Virus record (IMG/VR): IMGVR_UViG_3300017991_000074
DNA: 64,000 nucleotides
Origin: an uncultured virus (IMG/VR IMGVR_UViG_3300017991_000074)
Lineage: Duplodnaviria > Heunggongvirae > Uroviricota > Caudoviricetes
Direction: 5' to 3' (one strand)
Both the position numbers and the translations under genes were made by a program. The notes beneath the pieces were generated by a model. The model was not told the DNA's origin and ran no database searches. It saw only the letters and a list, made by a program, of their open reading frames with translations. Positions 27,824-38,250 of the stretch are shown here, piece by piece; position 1 is the first letter of the stretch; each line of letters begins with the position of its first letter.

Positions 27824-30313
27824 ATGCCAACGTATTCTCGCCCCGATGTTTACGTCGGAGACAAGCCTCAGCTCGAGGGGCCGATTGTCGCGGCAGCCTT
27901 GGGCTATGGATGCCTGATCGGGGTCACCGAGAAGGGTCCACTGAGGGTGATCACACGCACCCGCAGTTTCGATGCATGGAAGCGCATCTACGGTGATCGC
28001 GAGACGCGGTCCGACATGGCCTACGAGGCCGAGCAGTTCTTCAAGGAGGGCGGTGTCGAGCTGCTCACCACGAGAGTGGCGCACTACTCCGACGTGGATG
28101 ACGCGACCACCTACACCGGCGGCGTTTCTTCGCGAACGCTGATCACGGCAGGGGCAGGAGCCGAAGCGGCCACCAAGACGGGATCTGCGGGCACCTACAA
28201 CCTGACGCCGGCGGACAACTTCGATCTCGATGTGGACAACGGTGGGGCCGACACGGTCCAGTTCGATGCCGCGGCCGCCACGGTCACGGGCTCCGGCCTG
28301 GCGATCACCGACATCAACACCGAGACCGTCATCCTCGAGATGAACAACGACGGCAACGTGCAGACGGTCACCTTCACCGCGACGCATGTCGGCGATCCGG
28401 ATGGAGCTGCCGCCGAGATGAACGCGCAGCTGACAGGCTGCAGCGTCGATGTCACAGGCGGCCAGATTCGCATCACCTCGGATCTCTTCGGCACGGATTC
28501 GGAGATCGACATCACCGGCGGAACGGCACTCACCGAGCTCGGTCTCTCGATCGCCACCACCACCGAGGCGACCTCGGACGTGGCCAACATCGATTCCGTA
28601 ACCACGGCTGAGGTGGTGGCTCGGATCATCGCGGATGTCTCGGCGCTCAGCAGCTCCGAGGTGGTGGCCAACGTGAATGGGACCTTCACCATCACGTCGC
28701 CGACCACGGGCGTGGCCAGTGAGCTCGACTTCACGGCTGGGAGCCAGGATTGCCTGGCATTGCTCGGCCTCTCGGTGGAGACGCTCAACGGTACCGATGC
28801 CGGTGCCACCTACAGCACCCTGAAGCTGGAGGCCGGGTATCTCGGCACGGTCAGCCCGGGTCTTCGCGGCAACGATCTCGAGGTTCTCGTCGAGAGAAAC
28901 CCGATGCATGCCTCGGCCGGAGCGGGAAGCGACTTGGCGGCGGCCATTTCGGCAACGGACACCGCTCTCCAGGTCACGACTCTCGACGGCATCTCGGCCA
29001 AGTCGGTGCTTCAGGTCACCGATGGGACCAACACGGAGTATGTGGAGGTTTTGGACGTTCGTGTGGTCGTCACCGCTGGAGTGGCCACCTTCTTTGTCGA
29101 CATCGTGGGGGCGTTCACCAACGCCTATCTGGTCGCGGCCACCACGGTTCAGTCGATGGAGTTCGACATCAAGGTCTACAACGACAACGCGCTCGTCGAG
29201 TCGTGGGACCAGCTCTCCATGCTGGACACCGCCGACAACTACGTCGAGACCAAGCTCAACGACGAGGCCGCGGGTTCGAGATTCCTCGTCGCAACGGACC
29301 TCGACGCCGATCCCCCAGGTCTTGGGGCGGACACGCCGGCAACCGACGCGGCAAAGGTGTCGATGGCAGGAGGCACGGACGAGATCACCGGTCTGGTAGA
29401 CGCGGACTGGATCGGGTCTTCGACGGGCAAGACCGGACTCTACGCCATGGACGCGGAGATCGAGTTCATGCCGTTTGCCTTCGTCGGCAACAACAACGCA
29501 GCCCCGGTCCACGCTGCCCTGGCCTACGCCGAATCGAAGATCTTCCTCGAGTTCCTCGGCTACACCACGATCGGGATCGATGCGACGGCGGCCATCGCCT
29601 ATCGCAAGACGACTCTCGGAGCCAACACCAAGTTCGGCTGCCTGTACGCGGGCGGCGAGAAGGTGCTGGACGCAGCGCAGAGCTCGGCCACGGCCAAGCG
29701 TTCGATCGCGGGTGTCGGTGCGATGATGGGCATTCGTTCTCGGGTCGACGGTCTTGCCGATCCCAACGGTGGCCCGTGGCAGACGCCAGGGGGCCAGGGA
29801 GCTTACGGAAAGCTCACCGGAGCTTCCGATGCAGCCACGACTTATGACGACACGGATCATGCCGACATGAACGTGGCGGGGATCAACGTCATTCGGAAGT
29901 ACGGTCGAAACGGACCGGTCGAGTGCTTCGGTGGTCGGACGCTCTACCAGAACCCGGACAAGAAGTGGCTGTACATCAACACGGTGCGGTTCTTCCAGTT
30001 CGTGCAGAAGTCGGTGGCGGACAGCACCAGGTGGTCAGTCCTCCGCAACAACGACTTCAGGCTCTGGGACAGCCTCAAGGACAAGGTCGACGAGTTCCTC
30101 TCGGACCTCATGCTGCGTCGAGCCTTCCCGACCTCGAAGAAGGACGAAGCGTTCTACATCAAGTCCGGTGTCACCGACGGAGTGATGGACCAGACCAACC
30201 TCGACAACGGAGAAGTCATCTCCGAGGTGGGGATGGCTCCCCAGAAGCCGGGCGAGTTCGTTCAGTTCTGGTTCACTCAGTTCGAGGGAGGCACGACGAT
30301 CGTCGAAGCCTAA
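27824..30313 (+). CDS. contractile tail sheath protein with large internal insertion
   Basis: YSRPDVYV, IGVTEKGP, GINVIR, GGRTL, YINTVR, APQKPGEFV. Confidence 0.93.
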   Translation: MPTYSRPDVYVGDKPQLEGPIVAAALGYGCLIGVTEKGPLRVITRTRSFDAWKRIYGDRETRSDMAYEAEQFFKEGGVELLTTRVAHYSDVDDATTYTGGVSSRTLITAGAGAEAATKTGSAGTYNLTPADNFDLDVDNGGADTVQFDAAAATVTGSGLAITDINTETVILEMNNDGNVQTVTFTATHVGDPDGAAAEMNAQLTGCSVDVTGGQIRITSDLFGTDSEIDITGGTALTELGLSIATTTEATSDVANIDSVTTAEVVARIIADVSALSSSEVVANVNGTFTITSPTTGVASELDFTAGSQDCLALLGLSVETLNGTDAGATYSTLKLEAGYLGTVSPGLRGNDLEVLVERNPMHASAGAGSDLAAAISATDTALQVTTLDGISAKSVLQVTDGTNTEYVEVLDVRVVVTAGVATFFVDIVGAFTNAYLVAATTVQSMEFDIKVYNDNALVESWDQLSMLDTADNYVETKLNDEAAGSRFLVATDLDADPPGLGADTPATDAAKVSMAGGTDEITGLVDADWIGSSTGKTGLYAMDAEIEFMPFAFVGNNNAAPVHAALAYAESKIFLEFLGYTTIGIDATAAIAYRKTTLGANTKFGCLYAGGEKVLDAAQSSATAKRSIAGVGAMMGIRSRVDGLADPNGGPWQTPGGQGAYGKLTGASDAATTYDDTDHADMNVAGINVIRKYGRNGPVECFGGRTLYQNPDKKWLYINTVRFFQFVQKSVADSTRWSVLRNNDFRLWDSLKDKVDEFLSDLMLRRAFPTSKKDEAFYIKSGVTDGVMDQTNLDNGEVISEVGMAPQKPGEFVQFWFTQFEGGTTIVEA

Positions 30314-30369
30314 TCTCTGGAGCGTGATGCTCTATCCGACGTAGGTCGGGCTAGGAGAGGAGAGGGACA

Positions 30370-30831
30370 ATGGCAGATCCTTATCGCAACTTCAAGTTCG
30401 AGGTCGAGATCGGTGGCTTTGTGCGGGCGGGTTTCTCGAAGGTGACCGGCCTGAAGCATACCGTCGAGCAGGTCGAGTACCGGGAGGGCGCCGAGAACGA
30501 GACGCCGCGGAAGCTCCCGGGCCAGTCGACGTACGATGACGTCGTTTTCGAGCGCGGGATGAGCACCGACTCGGATTTCGTCGACTGGATGGCAGAGGTC
30601 TTCAACCTGGACAACGTCGAGGGCGTTCAGGGGGACGATTCCTTCAGGAAGACCATCGTGGTGTACCTGAAGAACAAGGCTGGGGATCGGGCCATCAAGT
30701 GGACCATCTACCGAGCCTGGCCGCACATCGACGACGATGCGGACCTCGACGCCAGTGCGAACGAGGTCGCCGTCGAGTCGCTCACGGTTGCCCACGAGGG
30801 CGTCAAGAAGCAGGTGCTGATCAGGGCCTAG
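30370..30831 (+). CDS. tail tube protein (T4 gp19 / eCIS type)
   Basis: DPYRNFKFEVEI, AGFSKVTGL, EYREG, KLPG, FERG, AWP, VAVESLTVAHEG. Confidence 0.93.
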   Translation: MADPYRNFKFEVEIGGFVRAGFSKVTGLKHTVEQVEYREGAENETPRKLPGQSTYDDVVFERGMSTDSDFVDWMAEVFNLDNVEGVQGDDSFRKTIVVYLKNKAGDRAIKWTIYRAWPHIDDDADLDASANEVAVESLTVAHEGVKKQVLIRA

Positions 30832-30890
30832 AAGTACCGACAGCAGTTGATACGCATTGATTTGGTTGTAGCTATAACAGGAGAAACGGT

Positions 30891-31673
30891 ATGTCAGTCG
30901 AGCCTTCGGAGCTGGTGCGGCTTCCCGTCGGAATCGAGAAAGACGGAGTTCGATATCGCGACGTCACCATCGACGAGCTGTCCGGTATTGACGAAGCGCT
31001 TCTCGCCAACAAGAAGAAAACTGGAGGAAACACGGCGAAGGGCCTCACCATGGTTCTCGCTCGCTCCATCCAGGAAATCTCTGGGCTGGTTCCGCGAAAA
31101 AGGAATCCGGATACGCCGATCGATCCGATGATTCCTCGGCGCATGTACCAGGTAGATCGCGACTTCCTCTTTTCCAGAATCCAGCTTCTGTCCGACCGAG
31201 ATGAGACGATCCTTCGAGGCACCTGTCCCAGGTGTCGGCGTGGTGTCGAAGAGGAGGTCTTGATCTCGGAACGACCAGTCAAGGAGTGGCCAGAGGACAA
31301 GCCGTGCGAGTTTGAGTTCGAGCTCGAGCGGGGCTATGTCGAGGTTCCCAAGAAGGGGGAACGAGTCGTTCACAAGAAGGGAGTGGTCCGCCTATCAAAG
31401 GGAACGGACCAGGAGGGCGTAGCGATAGCTGCTCAAGAGAACACGGGTCACGCCGCAACGATCATGTTGGCGGCCTGCATCACCCGACTCGGAACTCTCG
31501 AGAACATCGATCAAGCTATCGCTGCTCGAATCAAGTCGAGAGACAGGAAGCTCATCTTCGATGTTCTTCGAGACAACGCTCCCGGCATGAAGATGTGGGA
31601 GCACCTCACGTGCTACAACTGCGGCCACTCCGAGGTAGAGGCTATAGTCGACATCTCGGCTTTTTTCGGCTAA
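30891..31673 (+). CDS. tail assembly chaperone
   Basis: between tube and tape measure; two CxxC motifs; ends AFFG stop. Confidence 0.8.
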   Translation: MSVEPSELVRLPVGIEKDGVRYRDVTIDELSGIDEALLANKKKTGGNTAKGLTMVLARSIQEISGLVPRKRNPDTPIDPMIPRRMYQVDRDFLFSRIQLLSDRDETILRGTCPRCRRGVEEEVLISERPVKEWPEDKPCEFEFELERGYVEVPKKGERVVHKKGVVRLSKGTDQEGVAIAAQENTGHAATIMLAACITRLGTLENIDQAIAARIKSRDRKLIFDVLRDNAPGMKMWEHLTCYNCGHSEVEAIVDISAFFG

Positions 31674-31864
31674 GCGACTCACAGCGCGAGACGCTGCAGA
31701 AGTCGCTCTTCGATCAAGTACATCACCTGGCTCATCGCTATGGGTGGACGGAGACAGAAGTTCTTCGCCTTCCACACTGGCGTCGTGTAGAGTATGTGGA
31801 GAGGGTGAACAAGCTGGTCAAGGAAGAGAACAAGCGCTGGAACGCGCTGACCGGAAAGAGATAG
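31661..31864 (+). CDS. -1 frameshift extension of the tail chaperone (gpGT-like)
   Basis: T TTT TTC slippery heptamer at 31661-31667; -1 frame reads VHHLAHRYGWTETEVLRLPHWRR. Confidence 0.8.
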   Translation, partial: FFRLSDSQRETLQKSLFDQVHHLAHRYGWTETEVLRLPHWRRVEYVERVNKLVKEENKRWNALTGKR

Positions 31865-31867
31865 AAG

Positions 31868-34800
31868 ATGCCCGGAGCTGGTGAGAGCCTTCTGCTTGGA
31901 ATCGCGGTTGAGCTGGACGCTCAGGGCGTGGTTCGCGGAGTATCTCTGGCCAACCAGCAACTCGACCAACTTGACTCTCGAGCAGATCAGACTGTTCAAC
32001 GATCTCGAGATAGAAGTCGAGGAGTTCAGCAGGGACTTCAGATGGCGGCCGGAGCAGCTACCGCGATGGGAGCTGCCAGTTTGGCTGTAGGAGAGATTAC
32101 GCGGCGGGGCGTCCTCCAGCCGATGATCGATGAGGCCGAGGGGTTCGAGGTTGAATTCGCTCAGCTTAGGTTCGTTTCTGGGGCGACCGGAGATGAGCTC
32201 GAGCGACTTCGAGAGACGGCCATTAGGACAGGCCTCGAGACACAGTTCTCCCCAGCTGAAGCCACTCGAGCCATGCGGATGCTGTTGGCCGCAGGTCTCG
32301 AAACGGAGGAAATGTACAGGTCCCTCCAACCCGCGCTAGACCTTTCAACGGCGTCTGCTGGAACGGTGTCTTTGGCGACAGCTGCTCAGGTCACAGCTGC
32401 AGCTATCGCGAAGATGGGGAACGATTCGTGGGACGCGCGTCGGATCATGGACACGTATGCCGACGCCACTCGAGCCACCAACCTGCAGTTTGAAGATATG
32501 CGAGTGATCTTGAACGGTATGGGGGACTTTCCCCTGATGTTCGAGGCCACAGCTGCAGAGGTCTTTGCTCTTGGCGGCATGCTGAGAAACGTGGGCCAGC
32601 TCTCGGGTCAGGCTGGTCAGGCGATGGGCATCTTGGGACGGCGGCTTATCCAGGCCGATACGATTCTTCGACGCATCGACGAATCGGGCCGCCAGGTGAC
32701 TGGACGGTATGCGGATATCCAGCGGGCGATGGAACGGCTCAATGTTCAGCTCTTTGACTCGGACAATCAGCTTCGACCTATGGTCGAGGTTTTCGGAGAT
32801 ATGGCCGACGCGCTAGCCACGGTCACAGATGACACGGAAAGGCTTCGACTTCAGAACGTACTTCTGGGCCCCCAGGCCGGCGCGGTGCTTACCGCCATGG
32901 GGAACTATGAGCGGGAGGGTGAGCGGGGCGGACAGGCTCTTCGGAGCTTGGTTGCGAGATTGAGCGATGCGGAGGGCGTGAGCCGGATGGCTGCGGAGAC
33001 CTTCGAGGAGACGGCTCGAGGCGTTCGCATCTTCATTCAGGGCACGGTGCAAACGATCCAGATCCTGCTCGGCGAAGCTCTGGGTCCCGCTCTTCGCGTC
33101 GTTATGGATGTGACGCGGGAGATACTTGGACGGTTCTTGGAGCTGATTCAGGCCAATCCGCTTCTGGCTCGAGGTATCGGATTCCTGGTTGTGGGGATCG
33201 TCGCTCTGTCCTTTGTTACAGGGACTCTTCTCATAGGGCTCGGAGCTCTGCTCTTTGCCCTTTCCGGGCTGGTTCCGATCCTCACCGCTGGGACGGCCGT
33301 GTTGGCTGGAGTGGCGACTGCTCTTGGGGTAGTAGCGGCTGCTGTAGTAGCGCTGGTTCTAGTCTTTGGATCTGGCGCTATTGTTTTGATCGGACTTTCG
33401 GTAGCGCTGTACCAAGCCTATCGAAGGAACCTGGGTGGTTTGGGGGATTTCCTCGATGATTGGGGCAGCGATCTTCGATTGATGTTCTCCGGACTGGTGG
33501 ACTTCTTCCGCAGCGATGACGGCTCGATCAGTGCGGCCATTGTTGACCAGCTTCGGGAACGGGGCCTTCTCGATACGGTACTGAACATCTTGGCGTTTAC
33601 GCGAAGGCTCGAGGAGGCTTGGGCTGGAGTACGGGATGTGGTGGCCCCTGCGGTAGGGGTGATCGTCAATGCCTTTGAGGCTTGGCTTGAGGCGTCTGTT
33701 GCGGTCGTCGATTATCTGGAGGAAGGGCTCTCTATGCTCGGCTTTCAGTTCGACGAGAACATGGACGCATGGAGAACCTTCGGTCAAGTCTTGGGAGTAA
33801 TCATCGTTGGTGCGGCCATCCTGGCTTTCGTGACAATCACGGCACTGACTCTGGTTTTGGGCGCCTTGGCTCTGGCCATGTTTGTGGCAATGCTTCCGAT
33901 GATTGCCTTTGTAGTGGCTGGCATCGGGGTTGTGCTGCTGGTAGTGCAGATTGTTCGCCTGTTCCAGTGGCTGGGGAGCGTGATCTCTGAGTGGGCTTCG
34001 GACGTAGGCACGGTGTTCTCCCAGGCTTGGGATACGATCATGGGCTGGGCTGATGCCCTGGTGGAGTGGGGCGAGAGTGTTGTCTCGACAGTAGAGGGGA
34101 CCTTCGAGATACTGTGGGCTCCCTTCGAGGATTTTCAGAATCGAGTCCGAATCTTTTGGGGTCGGCTCACGGCAGCAGACGCTCCGTGGCGGCGTTGGGC
34201 CGTTCCTTGGTATGAGACCAACGTCAATCAGCCGATCGTCCAACCGATGCTCCGAGGGTTCCAGTCGATCGCCGATTTCTTGGGCGGTGTGTGGTCCACA
34301 GTGACGACTGCGGCCTCATCAGCTTGGAGAGCTATCTCTGGCGGCCTCTCAGGGGCGTGGAGAGGCGTTCGGGAATTTTTCGAGGGATTGGCCGACGGAA
34401 TCTCCGGGGCCTTCACGGGGCTGTGGGCCGGCGTAGCGGCAGGATTCATGGCAGCCATCGGATGGCTACAGGGGGTCTTCGCTCCAATCACCTCGGTATT
34501 CACGGAGTTCGGGACCTCGATCACTGGATTCTTCTCGGGTCTATGGGCGACCATTGCTCAATTCTTCACGAGCCTACAGACACAGGCGGTAGGGTGGGGA
34601 GCTGGATTGGTTCGGGGCTGGCGGTCGGGGATTGCGCGTGAGTGGGCTGGGATGGTTCAGTGGTTCTCGACCAACATTGCTCAGGTTCGAGATTTGCTTC
34701 CGAGCTCTGATGCTAGGGTCGGTCCTCTTTCGGACCTGACGGCAAGCGGCTCGGCACTGGTTACGACGTTCATGCGAGGAGCGTCGACGGTATTTCCGAC

Positions 34801-35116
34801 CTTGACTTCTACGGTCGGTTCTGGAATGGGTTCGATGCTTGGGTCTCTGGGACTTCCGACTACGACTGAGGGCGTAGCTGGGGCGATGGAGACTGGAGTT
34901 GGGTCGATCATTCAGTCGGTAGTTCCGGTTGCTGAGGCAGTGGCAGGAACAGGTACTGGAGGTACTGGTGGAGCGACATCGGTTCAAGTCACAGTTGGGG
35001 ACATCAATCTCCAGGTGCAGCAAGCGACTCCGGAGGAGGCTGAACGGCTAGCGGAGTTGATCCTTGAGCGAATTCGCACTGCTCTGGAGGGAGAGGCAGA
35101 GGCGACATTCGCATGA
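31868..35116 (+). CDS. tail tape measure protein
   Basis: 1082 aa; TQFSPAEA motif, hydrophobic segments, W/F-spaced repeats, SSDARVGPLSDL. Confidence 0.92.
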   Translation: MPGAGESLLLGIAVELDAQGVVRGVSLANQQLDQLDSRADQTVQRSRDRSRGVQQGLQMAAGAATAMGAASLAVGEITRRGVLQPMIDEAEGFEVEFAQLRFVSGATGDELERLRETAIRTGLETQFSPAEATRAMRMLLAAGLETEEMYRSLQPALDLSTASAGTVSLATAAQVTAAAIAKMGNDSWDARRIMDTYADATRATNLQFEDMRVILNGMGDFPLMFEATAAEVFALGGMLRNVGQLSGQAGQAMGILGRRLIQADTILRRIDESGRQVTGRYADIQRAMERLNVQLFDSDNQLRPMVEVFGDMADALATVTDDTERLRLQNVLLGPQAGAVLTAMGNYEREGERGGQALRSLVARLSDAEGVSRMAAETFEETARGVRIFIQGTVQTIQILLGEALGPALRVVMDVTREILGRFLELIQANPLLARGIGFLVVGIVALSFVTGTLLIGLGALLFALSGLVPILTAGTAVLAGVATALGVVAAAVVALVLVFGSGAIVLIGLSVALYQAYRRNLGGLGDFLDDWGSDLRLMFSGLVDFFRSDDGSISAAIVDQLRERGLLDTVLNILAFTRRLEEAWAGVRDVVAPAVGVIVNAFEAWLEASVAVVDYLEEGLSMLGFQFDENMDAWRTFGQVLGVIIVGAAILAFVTITALTLVLGALALAMFVAMLPMIAFVVAGIGVVLLVVQIVRLFQWLGSVISEWASDVGTVFSQAWDTIMGWADALVEWGESVVSTVEGTFEILWAPFEDFQNRVRIFWGRLTAADAPWRRWAVPWYETNVNQPIVQPMLRGFQSIADFLGGVWSTVTTAASSAWRAISGGLSGAWRGVREFFEGLADGISGAFTGLWAGVAAGFMAAIGWLQGVFAPITSVFTEFGTSITGFFSGLWATIAQFFTSLQTQAVGWGAGLVRGWRSGIAREWAGMVQWFSTNIAQVRDLLPSSDARVGPLSDLTASGSALVTTFMRGASTVFPTLTSTVGSGMGSMLGSLGLPTTTEGVAGAMETGVGSIIQSVVPVAEAVAGTGTGGTGGATSVQVTVGDINLQVQQATPEEAERLAELILERIRTALEGEAEATFA

Positions 35117-35655
35117 GCATGGTAACAGGCAGGCCGTTGGTGAAGGGCTACATTGGGCGAATCCGCAATGGAGCTCTCGAGTCACTGATGGATTTTCAGT
35201 TCAACCCGACGGAGGTTCCTCGGGCGAGAACGGTGGACTACACCTTTTCGCAGCCGCCGGGGTCTCCGCTTCCGACCGCGATGTTTCGAGGCATTCAGGG
35301 GGATAGCTTTTCGCTTTCCTTGCTGTTCGATGCGGTTGAGACGTACGATCACAGCCATCTTGGGACTACGGCACAGAAGGCGTTTCTGGAGTCGTTGACT
35401 CAGCCGGACCTGAATGAGTTTTCGGACGACATTGGCCAGTTCGTTCCTCCGCCGCATGCGCGGTACGGTATGGGAGATGAGAGCTGGGAAGTAGTCGTGA
35501 CGAGTCTCCAGTTTCGGGACGTTCGGTGGAACAGAAGCGGCATTCCGACACGGACCTGGGCCGATGTCCAAATGCGAACAGTGTTTGTGGACATCGCGTC
35601 GCTTCGAGCTCGGCTGGACTTCTTGGCGCAATACCGTGATTTGGCCGCGGTGTAG
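35113..35655 (+). CDS. tube initiator (CIS tube-like protein)
   Basis: FQFNPTE, LLFD, PP motifs after the tape measure. Confidence 0.75.
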   Translation: MSMVTGRPLVKGYIGRIRNGALESLMDFQFNPTEVPRARTVDYTFSQPPGSPLPTAMFRGIQGDSFSLSLLFDAVETYDHSHLGTTAQKAFLESLTQPDLNEFSDDIGQFVPPPHARYGMGDESWEVVVTSLQFRDVRWNRSGIPTRTWADVQMRTVFVDIASLRARLDFLAQYRDLAAV

Positions 35656-35663
35656 GGGGAGCG

Positions 35664-35963
35664 ATGGGCCTGTTTCGCGGTTCCCGATTCCGACTCTCCG
35701 ACATGATCCAGGTCAAGGATGCGGATAGGGACATCAATAGGGTTTTCGTTGTTCAGGAAACAACGGCGGAAGTTCCGGACGGCTCGCTACCCTACACCGT
35801 CCAGGCTGAGGACACGTTCGAGTCCTTGGCGTTCAAGTTCTATGGCGATGCCAACAAGTGGTACGTCATAGCCAATGTCAATCCTGCGGTGTTCTGGCCT
35901 CTTAATCTGGAGGCGGGGACCCTGATCTACATTCCACCGAAATCCTATGCCGCGGCAGTATGA
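35664..35963 (+). CDS. LysM / tail protein X
   Basis: YTVQAEDTFESLAFKFYGDANKWYVIANVN. Confidence 0.85.
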   Translation: MGLFRGSRFRLSDMIQVKDADRDINRVFVVQETTAEVPDGSLPYTVQAEDTFESLAFKFYGDANKWYVIANVNPAVFWPLNLEAGTLIYIPPKSYAAAV

Positions 35964-37441
35964 GCACGCTTACTCCCATCGTCGTTGTTCGAGTTGACGA
36001 TCGGGAGATCGCGCAAGAAGACCTTCGAGCTATTCGGTCGGTGAAGCTGGTCCTGGCGGAGCGCAAGGCTGACACGGGCCAGATTGTTTTCAGCGATCCG
36101 GATTCGAGAATCTACGATTCTCGGACCTACCGCAAAGGTGCTCGGTTGGTTCTGACCATGGGGTGGACAAACGCGCTAGAGATTCGCGGTCCCTATGTGG
36201 TCAAGGGGTACAAGCCGCTCTATCCGGAGGATGGTGACCCGACTCTCACCGTTGACTTTCAGGACGAATCGCACTCGATGAATCGGCGTCAGCGTAGGCG
36301 TCGATTTGCCGATCTCACCCCAGCGCAGATCATCGAGCAGATCGCCGATGAGCATGAGTTGGGGTTTGACATCGAGAGTCCAGAGAACGTTCGTTTCACG
36401 GACGACTTTCCACTGATTCAGGCCAATGCGACCGACGCTCGATTGATGCAGCAGCTCGCGGAGCGCTACGGCTATGTCTGGGGAGTCGAGGGTGGGACGC
36501 TGTACTTTCGGCGGCCGGTGGATCTGGAAGCGTTGCAGCAGCAGTCCGAAGTTCCAGTGCTCTCCTATCGGATCAACGATTGGTCCCTCAAGAGCTTCGC
36601 ACCTGAGATCAAGTTTCAGAGCGGTCGTCGACGAAGGGGAGCTCGACAGACGGCCGGCAACGTCGATCTGACGAGAGGTACCTCAGAGGACAACGGCATC
36701 TTCGAGGTACTCCGGGCGGGGAGGGAGGAGATCGAAGGCGCTCTCCCCAGGCTGGCTGAGGTGGTGCGTGGAGCTCGAGGTCAGGACACGGATGACGATG
36801 AGCCGAATACGACACCAGGTCGATCTACGGACGCGCAGGATGACGTAGAGGATCAGCGCGAAGAGCGAGCTCGAGGTCGTCAGCGTGTGGATCGAGTTCG
36901 CACGGAAGTTGGGGAAGAGGAGTTTCCGGATCGCGCCGAACGGGATGATGAGCCAGAGGAGAACGAGGAATCGGAGCCTGGAGATGAGAGCGGGGCGGCC
37001 ACTCCTCAGACGGAGGGCGAAGCCAGAAGGCGGGCTGCGGGAAGGTCTGCTCGAGCTTCGGAGATTGTTGAAGGGATAGCTGTGCCGAGCATCGCGTCGA
37101 TGCGATGGCGCCCTCAAGCCGCCGTGGTCCTGGCTGGCATTGGGGAGCGGAATTCGGGACGCTATCGGGTAGCGGAAGTAACGCATACCGTCACGAAGGA
37201 GGGGGTCTTCACAACGTCGTTGCGAGTGAAGAAGCAGGTATTCCGGCCCTCGGCTGCAGACACGGCTCAGATTGCTCAGGCTTCGGATCGTGGAACAACG
37301 GCGGTCGATGCGGCGAGCGGGCGATCCTCGGCTGACGGACCGCCACCGCCAACGACAGAGGCAGAGGAGCGGTATCGGATCGACACGGTTCGGACAAGAG
37401 CGACACGCCGTCGTCGCGTAGATGGACAGGACGTGGACTGA
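35960..37441 (+). CDS. baseplate hub (gpD / late control D family)
   Basis: QANATDARLMQQLAERYGY...GTLYFR; SGRYRVAEVTH; acidic insertion. Confidence 0.85.
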   Translation: MSTLTPIVVVRVDDREIAQEDLRAIRSVKLVLAERKADTGQIVFSDPDSRIYDSRTYRKGARLVLTMGWTNALEIRGPYVVKGYKPLYPEDGDPTLTVDFQDESHSMNRRQRRRRFADLTPAQIIEQIADEHELGFDIESPENVRFTDDFPLIQANATDARLMQQLAERYGYVWGVEGGTLYFRRPVDLEALQQQSEVPVLSYRINDWSLKSFAPEIKFQSGRRRRGARQTAGNVDLTRGTSEDNGIFEVLRAGREEIEGALPRLAEVVRGARGQDTDDDEPNTTPGRSTDAQDDVEDQREERARGRQRVDRVRTEVGEEEFPDRAERDDEPEENEESEPGDESGAATPQTEGEARRRAAGRSARASEIVEGIAVPSIASMRWRPQAAVVLAGIGERNSGRYRVAEVTHTVTKEGVFTTSLRVKKQVFRPSAADTAQIAQASDRGTTAVDAASGRSSADGPPPPTTEAEERYRIDTVRTRATRRRRVDGQDVD

Positions 37442-38250
37442 TGTTTCGGGGAGAGTTTGAGCAACGCTACTCCGGCCGATACTTCGGGAAGTATCGTGGC
37501 GTGGTGACCCGGGTAAGCGATGATCCGAATCAGCTTGTGCGGATCATGGCTCGAGTGCCCGTGGTTCTCGGGGCGGATGAAGATGTCGGATGGGCTTGGC
37601 CAAGCGGAAGAGGTGGTGGGGTTGAGAGCGGAGACGTGTGGCCTCCTCAGGTCAATGACGTTGTCTGGATTGAGTTCGAGGAGGGTGATCCGGCGCGACC
37701 AGTATGGGAGCACGGACCCTGGGGAGTTCGAGACAACGAGTCGATGTTGCCAAAACATGCTCGAGGGGAATCGGACACGATCGATTCCCAGATACGAAAT
37801 GACGGAATCATAGGTCCGTCGCAATTTGCCGGGCAGTATCCACACGTACGAATTCGGAAGTCTCCGTCCGGACATCTGCTGGAGTTCGACGATACGACTG
37901 GGGAGGAAAGGGTCCAGCTTGCGCACAAAACCGGAACTCGAGTGGAGATGCTCAAAGACGGTTCGATGGAATTGGTTGTTGCAGAGGAGATGCGACAGCG
38001 AGTCACGAAATCGTACTTCCTCGAGACGGAGTTTTGGAAGGTAGAGCTGGACGACACTCCCGCGCTGCCGGTCCTGAAGATACAGCACAAGATTTCGGGT
38101 GACGGGATCGAGTACAACGGCTTGACGAGAACGATGACCGTGATGAGCACGGCTTCTCTGACGCTTCGGAGCGTCGGTGTGGTCGCGATTGAGGGGGTGG
38201 GGTGTACGATTCTTGGTAGGCCCGTGATCCCTGGGGCGGGGCCGATCTGA
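37441..38250 (+). CDS. baseplate spike (gpV / gp5 OB-fold)
   Basis: GKYRGVV, PPQVNDVVWIEFEEGDPARPVW, SGHLLEFDDTTGEERV. Confidence 0.88.
   Translation: MFRGEFEQRYSGRYFGKYRGVVTRVSDDPNQLVRIMARVPVVLGADEDVGWAWPSGRGGGVESGDVWPPQVNDVVWIEFEEGDPARPVWEHGPWGVRDNESMLPKHARGESDTIDSQIRNDGIIGPSQFAGQYPHVRIRKSPSGHLLEFDDTTGEERVQLAHKTGTRVEMLKDGSMELVVAEEMRQRVTKSYFLETEFWKVELDDTPALPVLKIQHKISGDGIEYNGLTRTMTVMSTASLTLRSVGVVAIEGVGCTILGRPVIPGAGPI

Noticed and set aside
27707..29860. 717 aa minus-strand ORF, and other long antisense ORFs such as 19601..20929, 39625..40938 and 55150..56349
   Set aside because: Antisense shadows of high-GC3 genes with clear + strand motifs; no motifs of their own
27751..30329. 12 bp complementarity flanking the sheath gene (ATCCTGCTCCAG / CTGGAGCGTGAT)
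   Set aside because: Short, one mismatch, and both arms have local pairing partners; could be chance
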